Virus record (IMG/VR): IMGVR_UViG_3300029258_003973
Source of the DNA: an uncultured virus (IMG/VR IMGVR_UViG_3300029258_003973)
Taxonomy: Duplodnaviria; Heunggongvirae; Uroviricota; Caudoviricetes
Strand: one strand, 5' to 3'
DNA length: 64,000 bases
Shown: positions 12,201-20,600 of the stretch, piece after piece
Position numbering within the stretch: position 1 is the first letter of the stretch
How the letters are laid out: each line of letters begins with the position of its first letter
Notes under the pieces: generated by a model
What the model was told of the DNA's origin: nothing
Seen by the model: only the letters and a program-made list of their open reading frames with translations
Database searches by the model: none
Made by a program: the position numbers and the translations under genes

Positions 12201-12602
12201 CTGATAGAGAAGAAAATAGTGCAGAGTACTGACACAGTAGCCCAGGATATGGCTCTAAAAAGAGTAGGTAAACTGAAAGGGGCCAGTTTGCTTGTAGGTC
12301 TTTTAGCTGGTACAATAATAGGGCAGTCAATAAATCAGATTGCACATGGATATCCTGTTCCAGATCTAGGAGGAATAAGAGAAGGTCTTGGGGGAGAATA
12401 CTTTGAGAATAGATCGGGTTACCTCGGAAGAGAAATAGAGGCAACCATGGGGCACAGACCAACCAAGATAACCTCCAACAGAATATACGAGAATGTGGTT
12501 AATCGAGAACTTGGTTCTATAGGCGACGCTGAGGTGGCTGCCGGGTCCACGGTGGGAGTACGGAACCTTTCACCATATCTCAAAGGTACTATAATAAGAT
12601 GA
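6237..12602 (+). CDS. Putative virion-associated single-polypeptide two-barrel (DPBB) RNA polymerase, beta-like and beta'-like parts fused (2121 aa)
   Basis: Collinear motifs: TKATQSKVMI (K567/K572), EMLVNMD, H817..AR..GGFR, LDRLLNMKNSPALKAMFSYNMPFSMRGVI, VDQMYIH, VRAPEL, GDQDMD (D1390/D1392/D1394), QNVISSKH. Confidence 0.75.
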   Translation: MAFTDPRRAIAKAEQGEMSEFSTIKNLGLIGMISVTGIRLSNYMERQRAAIEENVLRAKTEIERAALIFTDDTNMKLNTKEGTVSRVEYIDTGEGYDPMAEWQALKEKGLSEPAPFTDTMMPAEMSDELYEQAKLVDDLNMRLAGREPMTASEASQSMARYRRLSDRLQKEYPGLQASVESVEGLRITKVTETGTDFLMHVHDGVRHEVINLPKWSSGILSWGGNMYATKQPAQITGNMIQVGGTIENVIKRVAERLRKGTFGRVGKARELRDIIRNQLHVNIGKLVDGHSIKHLLTKEVSFESLAAKFGGKPSEAGSQAREWVASLTDRLSVYAKTGPGLRRLDKIFPGNIPTISLTSSSEASFVKGFNMRTRLPYGVGPLDTRAKASTTRANYIKGKYMFDARMSPTKVASKLGPLPMDAADLLSKEMVEGLPGGFMNMGVYLGKGEIEKLGPGGGVYLLRNLMDPTGQMSEDLLNAREFDGVRERVHRIPITSRQEGMQILRDMKAMIGDKKELILRKGSQIGPIGSPRAVVMDERQKVTYTNIIEDELIIRTEADRPLGLMTKATQSKVMIQRVEMAGTSSELFSSLHPESTLIGKMVQQTKAAQLGAEMLVNMDALMKYQGGGLGWGIIQKTMSDLINLKKAEIARIHKENASKILPTEMKKLEGELKDLLRTFLGADIDNVVHSVGIVQDANRPYIILKGADQMPSGVAATMADPAFYKLIDIEDAFFKASAGDWSKLEEYERRVSTHAKNVGLPQYRMITTVSNVEREMASMVEKSEQFMPTIVRTRLSKGGKVGHKMIWAMAQVPWMTHQQNAYEYARFGGLVRSKGGYSGGFRSTLDHYEIAKTAGWHQYARYLDMLMDHDMDYIRDKMYTAEAMLLGPKASLQKPPIGTINVSGMTVIKQAQLNQTGINKRLAEYNFHEGAMKYAGIWRVHHSNLSGLQGAIDDPEVKHLIDDGIIQFDDLRTTAHAASGRHSVDVTDSALVHDIVDLMKGAKPDEAVFLELPETIVMNGKEVRYIPIDKFDVADTFELEARRGPDGTTLDDYLHKKFTTGSGFHSNRMYIMKETARISEEMRMLKRNRKGTSHLKEEMKIAVSRYYAELDRLLNMKNSPALKAMFSYNMPFSMRGVINSLSKHDAGKLVKGVDGIPVDQMYIHADYATQLISGGKIKSMSHARNLARSTEAILKVQELLKGVDTSFFETSSVDDMAELTVKLGKSLGRMTRETKATMDLQTVKELIGLGYAARKRGSTMLRSMLESKDGRSRMGRLANELKNSSLMKGELDGMAADDLKRVRAMSKYTLETVQAIQEGTLEVGGVMVRAPELSQMSMNYFKMKVLGATEFSQKTVNDKLVKEILSRMKDDKGKGGMYIAKEAAKQISGDQDMDPSGFVVTTLDVLENQSKKVAQLSILKEAKLLGVKGSDIQKALYHDVTEETLVNLTMSRLFQTATDDEGKIILQRPASISAITQMDAMGDLLKEARVDIKGIEQYVGESLLGFYPDPADLKALGLTHVQVRDNVVDKIMKEARKYLGNNARLENLSVIVGTRELPNKSIRKTVEQPSIAVKDPQKLISETPEAAPIVAKQAITADELYVRDAISKVDASEFKAYQERVIREEAPRFQIIKEQVPTGYNAAKALYTLNYSYVTNEADKAFLTWMADKVLAQNVISSKHGTPQVLVDMTKTLRKLGSIHNEVMEADITKLVTQNAYLTVSQAEKEDMARLGFKTEDVNMDLYQDYIDKKLVNLTELNNIHETVTNDMITNASTLRSSEMDIEKVFRSTVDLKVKNSSLLKNYQMLEMDFTPLLVSNELRRAKEAKENVAKFRKKMTMASVLGEPEDVIRQRYITMIGAMREYSFKNRGISVFDDPAVSTFRHMEGGERSALELIKRFVSRESTRTNSADGIVTVRAQNTIEGRLIKLGAVITGRNDINRMIIGGDTLSDRQMRLNYLHSRELRQLRRSYAERIVEESSVFRTGSMFNLIEKKIVQSTDTVAQDMALKRVGKLKGASLLVGLLAGTIIGQSINQIAHGYPVPDLGGIREGLGGEYFENRSGYLGREIEATMGHRPTKITSNRIYENVVNRELGSIGDAEVAAGSTVGVRNLSPYLKGTIIR

Positions 12603-12751
12603 AGATAACATTGTATGTACGACCTGATGCCAATGTATCATCATATGCCAGGTCCATAAAGTCACTCATAGAAGAAGAAACCGGGCAGTTGTGTATAGTG
12701 AAGGTTTCTGAAAGTAAATTTAAGCCTGTGAAGGTAAAAGAAGAGAGTTAA
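12599..12751 (+). CDS. Small hypothetical protein (50 aa, MKITLYVRPDANVSSYARSIKSLIEEETGQLCIVKVSESKFKPVKVKEES), absent from the ORF track
   Basis: Fills the gap exactly: ATGA overlap with the upstream stop and TAATG overlap with the downstream start. Confidence 0.75.
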   Translation: MKITLYVRPDANVSSYARSIKSLIEEETGQLCIVKVSESKFKPVKVKEES

Positions 12752-14637
12752 TGAGTACTTCCTCGGATAACATAAGAAGGATGGCTGCCGGAGAACCTAT
12801 AGCTAGGATAGGCGCTATATGGTACGGTGATGTAAGCGGGACAACTATTCCTAACATATACTATTTCGGGAATAAGAATATGCAGAGTGTTATGCCACTG
12901 CGGGCAGAGTCAGCTATATCGTTCTCAACTTCTAGTCCTCCTGTAGATATGTTACAGATGGAAATAGTGATCAACTACAGCAAGTTCGTCACACATCTCC
13001 AGCGCCTTATGGCACAGATACAGATATCTCCAGTGCTACCAGTACAAAACCCGGTTGTTGCTGCAATGACACAGCCTGTACAGACCAACAAAGAGGTGTA
13101 CGTTGCCTATGGTTTCATGAATGTCAATGATAAAGATATAAAAGACTCCTCAAATCGCAGGGCACTTATGAACATGTATGCTACTGTGCCTGTCAATATG
13201 AAAATAGACAACGCAGTTATAGAAACTATTCCTGGCAATCCCAGAGATGTAAGAGTAATCCTGAGGCTTACCAGGACATTAACAGCTACTGTATATGGTG
13301 ATAAAACACAGTATATCAGAACTATGGAAGGGGCTGTAAATCAGAACAAGTACATAGAGAAACTTCTATCAGAAAGTGGCGATAATGAGCAAATAGCTGC
13401 TATGGCTACTATGATGGGAGTGAATACCCCAGCAATACAGGATGCTATAGATGCTATGTCTACTCCAATATCGTTAGGAGAGGACATAGGTATAACTATA
13501 GGAGCAGAAGTGAATGAAGTACTTGCACCAGACCTATACCGGGTTACCACAGATGATGGTAATAGTGCTCTTATTATGCCATATGGTATTGAATGTTTTA
13601 ACAGCAGAGAAAAGATAAGACTATTTATGGATGTAAGTCACTATGATGATTACCCAGTAAAAGGAGCAGAGAAGAACAGTGTAGAGGCTTTAGGATACTT
13701 TATAGGGAGTATGTTTGGACTTACCATTCCCAATGAAAGGTTGAGAATAACTGGACCTGATTTCTCAGGGGCCAATAACAGAATAACCATGCATACTATA
13801 CAGAAGGGGCCAATAGGTCTTCTCGATAATCCCAATGCAAGCAATGAAGATGTTTCTATACATTATTGCATCATAACTCATGATCAAATGGGAGATATAG
13901 GTAATACCTTATTATCGTTGGGAGAAGCTTTCGACTCTCCATTATATGATAGTGAGATAGTTCCAGAAGGATACACAACAGCTAGGATTGCAGCAATAAA
14001 GGCTGGGGAAGAGACCGTATCAAAGCAAGAAGCTGGAGACACCTATAGTACGTATTCATGTGCCAAGGTATTGACTAGGAATGCCAAGGCAGAAATACCA
14101 TGGACACAAAGAAGAAACATGAGGAACAAGATTTCTACTGGGGTAGACCCATCTGTAGGATTTATATCAAGTCCATATACAGCTACGGTGGAATCTATAA
14201 CTAATGGCGATACTATTGTTGTCAAGAAGTCAGACAATTCTTCAGTAACTCTTGGATTGTTTGGTATAGATGCGCCGGAAACTGGACAACCTGGAGGAAA
14301 TGAGGCAACAGCCTGTCTTTCTAGCTTGCTTCCAATAGGTAAAACTGTAACAATTCAACATGTTCCATCTGGTCCAGCCGGGGGTGAAGTAGATATATTT
14401 TCCAGATATTCATCAATAGTGAAATCAGGAAGACTTAATATAAATACAGAGATGCTGAAAAGGGGTATGGCGTGGGCATATCCTAACAAACGTTTTGATG
14501 TATTGAATGAAGAATACGAAAACCTTATGGTTGCTGCAAGAGATAGAAAGATAGGTATATGGGCATTGACAGAGAAGAAAGCAAAATGGACTCCTGCCGA
14601 ATACCGTAGATACATGCAGTCCAAGGGAAGGATATAA
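12751..14637 (+). CDS. Virion protein with C-terminal SNase/thermonuclease domain and a second, degenerate SNase-like domain (628 aa)
   Basis: VESITNGDTIVV..LFGIDAPE..DIFSR..NINTEMLKRGMAW..AARDRKIGIW at ~14176-14620. Confidence 0.85.
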   Translation: MSTSSDNIRRMAAGEPIARIGAIWYGDVSGTTIPNIYYFGNKNMQSVMPLRAESAISFSTSSPPVDMLQMEIVINYSKFVTHLQRLMAQIQISPVLPVQNPVVAAMTQPVQTNKEVYVAYGFMNVNDKDIKDSSNRRALMNMYATVPVNMKIDNAVIETIPGNPRDVRVILRLTRTLTATVYGDKTQYIRTMEGAVNQNKYIEKLLSESGDNEQIAAMATMMGVNTPAIQDAIDAMSTPISLGEDIGITIGAEVNEVLAPDLYRVTTDDGNSALIMPYGIECFNSREKIRLFMDVSHYDDYPVKGAEKNSVEALGYFIGSMFGLTIPNERLRITGPDFSGANNRITMHTIQKGPIGLLDNPNASNEDVSIHYCIITHDQMGDIGNTLLSLGEAFDSPLYDSEIVPEGYTTARIAAIKAGEETVSKQEAGDTYSTYSCAKVLTRNAKAEIPWTQRRNMRNKISTGVDPSVGFISSPYTATVESITNGDTIVVKKSDNSSVTLGLFGIDAPETGQPGGNEATACLSSLLPIGKTVTIQHVPSGPAGGEVDIFSRYSSIVKSGRLNINTEMLKRGMAWAYPNKRFDVLNEEYENLMVAARDRKIGIWALTEKKAKWTPAEYRRYMQSKGRI

Positions 14638-17600
14638 TGGCAAATAAGGTACATATAACTGACGAAGATAGAAAAGCAGCTGCCGACGTTTTCTCTGCAT
14701 ATACCGGTGAACTGGATGAAGATCAATATATAGATCCAGGTACTATACCAGTCACTGATGATATGAGTGAGTGCCAACCATTCATAGACCTTGTTAAACA
14801 GCTTACTGGAGAATCCACTACCGACATAGCTGATCTTCCGTTTGATAAGTACACACCATTTGACCAAACACGTTTGGATCATCAGTTCAGGATAACAACA
14901 GTACATAAGGATCTTACAGCTATTGTACCAGAGGTAGACAGGTTCAAGGAATTCTACAGGATAGCTGAGCAATTTACTAATGAGAGTTCTCTGATAGTAT
15001 CAGCAGCAATGGACTCCAATATCAAAGATATCACATGTATGCCTCCCTCTTATGTGTTTTCATATGCAGCAAAGAAGATCAGAGAAGTCATTACTATGCT
15101 GCAGAAGGAGAACATACCAGGGTTATCTGACCTGAAGGACTATGCCGGCAGATTTGATCGGCTAGCCTCAGACGCGAAACATATGCAGGCACCATATCCT
15201 GACACATCTACTCCTGCGTTTGATCCAGATGATTATGCTATCAGAATAGTTGCAGATAGTGTTACGTTCCCGCTTGTACCACGACTTAACGAAACGGAAC
15301 CAACTGGGGACTTTGGATTTATGACTCCTGAGAGACCCTCACATAGAGGACTAGATCTTAAAGTCTACACCGAGCAGGCAGTAAGCAATACGGGGAAAAT
15401 ATATTATACTTCTTCACACCCTGTTGTTGCAATTGCAGAAGGCAAGGTAATACATTGTACCTCTTCTAACAATCTAGCTAAACCATGTGTACGATTCGAT
15501 ACTGATACTAATCATGGAGAAGATGTAGACGGGAAGATATTCGAGGGTAGAGACGGTGGGAACATCGTAATCATATGGCATCCTGATCTTGGTAAAATGT
15601 CAGCATACATGCACCTTAGTGAAATATCTGTAAAGAAAGGTAACAGTGTATTAGCCGGTGATGTAATAGGAGTAGCAGGAAATACTGGTGGATCTACCGG
15701 ACCGCATCTCCATTTCGAGATGAGAGATCCTTCCCTAGCCAAGGGAGCGGCAGCAGATATCTCATCGTGGAGAAAAGGAGTACCAATAAACCCATGGCCA
15801 TACATTGGTGGAGGATATAATGGGGATCCCACAAACTCTGAACCAGCCATAAAGCTTGAAGCAACTCAGGGAAACCTGAAGGCTGAGGATACAGTAGAAG
15901 ACTTCAGAGAATATCTCAATTCTTTAACAATGTCACCGGCGGAGAACCCCGAAGATCAATCAAATGTACTATATGCAATTCACAGACAGATAATGGCTAG
16001 GGTAACTTCTTCCGTTCACTCTGTGTATGTTAATGATATCAGCGGGAAAGCTGAACAAGTGACAATAAACTGGATGCCGGGAACAAGCAAAGCTATTCCT
16101 ATAGAGGGGCAAAGTGCACCGGTTATACAATCACTTGGTGGAAGAAACGTGCAGGTTTCTATTTCGTTAAAAGGCATTAGTCCTGTAGAAGTGGCCAAGA
16201 TAGCTCTTATGTTTAAGGTTCCCAGTACTGACGAAACAATAGCAGGTATGCTGACGCTAGCAAGAAGTGGCATGTTCGGAGAAACATCCATCAGAAACAG
16301 TTACCTGCAAAGATGGTACAGAACTGATCAAATAGAGAGCATGTTACGTGGCATAAGTGGTTCCACCCAAAAAGTACATCTAGATGAACCAGTAATCGTA
16401 GATAATGAATACCTTAACTCTATGGGGCTTAAAACCTTTCATCCTATAAGTATGGAAGTGAAAACAGTTCCCCAAGCATCAGAAGCATATGACATACTTC
16501 TAACGCTATCATATATGAACCTCAGAAATAGAAGCTTAGAATCTTTGAAGAAAAGCAGACATGGTATTCAGGCACCAGTTTTACCTGTAACGGCTAGAGT
16601 TTTTCCAGAAAAGGCAACGGGAGATTCAGGGTTCGGACTAGAATCCGATTATCAAGCATATGGGATACTGAGTAGATTGTCCATTGTAAACTGTCTTGCT
16701 GAAATATTACCTCTGTATATCATGTCCAGAGTGTATAGGTTGTATAAAACTATGTCAGAATATACTCCAGGATCAGTAATAGATCTAGACGGACTAGATA
16801 TCATGACAAAGATCCTAGCACCAACCGGCATAGATACGGCCATAGAGAAAGTATTCTCCACAGTAAGAGATTACGATACGGATGTTCCCTCCTTCTCCAG
16901 TGCTATACTCGATGCATCTATGGAACTTGCCAACCTGGGGACTGTTGCAGCATTGTCACGTTACACTGAAAAGACAATAGAAGTAGCAAAACAGGGTACA
17001 GGCAGCAATAAGTTCTCAAAGATTGTTGCCGCAACACTTGGTGCTGTTACTACGTTAAACAGTGTTCTGAAATACGCTTTTGGTCCTGTTGGCACCCCAG
17101 AAGTAAACAGAGGAGCGGAGACAAGAACACTTTATATGAACATTCCCAGCCTTGCTCCTATAATGATATGGTCATTGTTAGCGGAATTTATAGACAGATT
17201 ATCAGCCGGGAAGGAGAATGAGTTCTTTTCAGAAATATCCAATGATGTCATAGATATGTTGAATGATTCCTATGCTGAGCCCAATGTCAGAACACTCAGA
17301 ATTGGTGGGAGCGATGAAGTATTCGTAGAAGTAAAGGGAGCTATAGGACAAGAAGCAGCTGGTGGAGAATACAAACCTCTGTTTATCGGAGAGATAAAAC
17401 TCTCTATGATAATGGGAGGAGAACACGATGATAGTGAACGCAATACTCTATTCGGAAGCATAGATGTCAGTGAAGGTCTTGGTCAAATATGGTTCGGATC
17501 CGAAGATGCTAAAGCTTTAAGGAAGAAGCTTGTGGATGAAATCGAAACCATGGCCAGGAATCCGAGAGGAAACTACGATACGAGATTCCTATATCCGGCA

Positions 17601-20600
17601 GCTTATGGTGCTGTAGAGATAAACTGGTTAGCAATAGATGCTATAAGAGCTGCAGCTTTAGCTATAGGACCAATGCTGGCCAATGATAATATGAAGCCGG
17701 GAGGTGATATTCCCGATGGACATATGAGTGAGTTCTTCCAAACCGCAGCAGAGCTTCTTAGAGATGAAAGTGCTAGAAACCATTGCTCCGACGTTCTTAC
17801 ATCTGTTCTCACGTATTCTATGGCAGATGTACTAGCAAATGGAATGATAGCTACTCATGGTAGAAAAGCGGCATATGCTCATAATGACTCTGTACTAAGA
17901 GCGTTTAACAAGATGTCCAGTTTAGAAACAGAGGATACAGTTGTTACAGCTCTGCAGTATTTGGGATCCAGAATACAATCACATATAGTGAAAGCCAGAA
18001 GAGTTACACAAAGCAGAGATATGTGCACACAGGTAGTATCCGGAGTGTTTGCCGATAGATCTTTCGGTGGTTCCAAGGACCTAAGGAAAGGATATTGCTG
18101 TGCTCTCGGCTCTGTTCTTAATTATATGTATCAAGTTGCCTATGCCGGCACAGAAACAGTGAGCAGCCTTCCGCCTGAATATAATGACTATACTATCCCA
18201 GCCATGCTACAGATAATAGATAGGGATCGTGGTGAGCTCATGATAGACGAGCTATTGCATCGTGGCAAAAGCTTCTTCGCTGCTACGGTCGGTTTTCTCC
18301 CTGACATAATAATAGGAGCAGCTATAGCTTTGTCAGGTCCTGGGGCAGTGCTAACCACTATATTCTATATAATACGCGGAGCCATGGATATATGGGCAGT
18401 ATGGGATCTAGTCATGAGTATATTCAAAGAGAATGCTATAGAATTTGCATTCGGAAGAGGTAACATATTTGCCATGTCCAGATGGTGTTCAGGAAGAATA
18501 TCAGATGCAATGGATCAATCACAATTGCTAGAATGCTGTATTAAGAGCGGAATCTGGATGCCGGCAGCTCTAAAACCAAGGGGTGATACATTTGATGAAG
18601 AAAGAACATCATATAGAGATTTCCCTACTGTGCATAGGGGCGGAAAACCATTACCCCCAGACTTCTTCGTATATAAAGTAGGCATTTTATCTAAGGCGTA
18701 TGACGATATGAAATCGTACATAAACTCGGCTGTAGAGTCTACTAGAGACCGTTACGCCGACTTGGATAACGATAATGTTGAGGCACTAAAGACTGAGCTA
18801 AAGCAAGAAATAGACGAATCGAGAGAACTATCTAGGGCTAGAGTTCAGGATGCTCTTACCAGAGCGCTAATAGATAGTACTCCTGAGGACAAATCACTAA
18901 AGAAAGACTACATGCAGGCTGTAGGGAAATCTGGGGATATCATAAGCTATGTAGTATATGGTAATAGAACAGATGCAGCAAAGAAAGGGCATATATGTTC
19001 TACAAAGTATGGGTCATATAGTAGTACAGTCAGCAAGGCCGGATCTATGTTGCATCTTGATATGAGTGACGTAGGTGTAGTAGTAAAGATAGGCAGTTCT
19101 TTCACTCCTATATCGAAGGGACCAGAACTGTCAGAACTCATAACTAATAAAGGCGAGCTAATGCAAATGATCGTAGAGGCCGCTAACTCGAGCCCCTATG
19201 GTAAAGTAAGAGAAAACCTGAAGTCATTCCTACAGAGATCTATAAGAGAAATACTAGATTATATAGCAGCTACAAAGGCTCTAGGGGGACAGTTCGTATA
19301 CGGTCTTGATACCATGCCAGGAACTATAGGAAACTTGATATTAATCAAGAACATTGTTGGTTCCAACATAAGGGCTATAGGGAAACCGGGACTGGCATTG
19401 TTCAAGAGCCAGATGGATAAGGTTGGACGAGATTCTCTAAGAAGATCCTCTACTCTACAAACCCAATATATATTCCCAACTGTGAAGCTATACTTTATAG
19501 AAGAAGACAGCGAGAACTTTTATCTATTTGATGATTTGTATTCATATGCATCTATAGTAGAAGTATCAGTTCATATGGATAAATACAGCCCGGTCCGTAC
19601 ATCTGAGATAAAGATAACAAACCTATTTGGTATGTTGAACGATATACTATCTGACTCAAAGAACAAGGAGTATAACTTCTTTAGCGGTCCAGATGAGAAC
19701 GCTCCTCTAAACTCTGTTATGTTGAGACCGGGATGCAAGATAAAGATCCAAGCCGGCACTACTCCAATCCTAGACGAGCATGATACTATATTCACTGGAA
19801 GAATAAGCACTATAGATTTCAATGTTATCACAACTATTACAGCGGTAAGCGCTGGGGACATGTTTACAGAAAGCTTAAGCATGGACGTGGTAAAGGTCTA
19901 TGGTAGTCAGGCCAATGCAACAGGCGGACTAGGTACTAAACTGATACAGGCACCTATCCGTGAGGGAATACAGTCTATGGTTGGTGATGACTACATGGCT
20001 CCAATTACAAAGCTAAAGACTGTCATAGGGTATGTATTGTATGATGTTGTACAGTCCACGGAGAGGCTCACAGATTTCTCGCTAAGGCCACCTGTAGAAG
20101 TACAGGATCCTGAAATATCTCCTGCTACCAGTAATCTCATGGATATACTGAAGAAGAAGCTTATTATAACTCAGTCATCCTCGTTCATAGAATCAGTGAG
20201 CGGGGCCAGGGTAGATCTTCAGGAGAACCAACAACTGTTTGAAAACATATACCTTGATACCGATGTTATAGGGTCATCATGGTTCGGAAACTTGACGTTT
20301 ATAGGAGAAGGTGTGTGGGTTTCTAGAGATGAGTCAGCATGGGATATAATGAGTGAACTAAATCTTCTCTTACCCAACCACGATGTTCTAGTGAGACCAT
20401 ATGATACTAGATCTACTCTAGTTTGGAATAACGACGATGGTTATTACCGGTTCAGGAGATGTGTAGACCTTGATAATATCCTTACTAATGCTCTTACAAC
20501 CAAGCTTAGAATAGCAGGCCGGGACCCAAGGTTCAAACTTCTCCCTCTATTTGACGTAATAAATCAGGGTATGAATGGTGGGAGCCCAAGAAGGAAAGCC

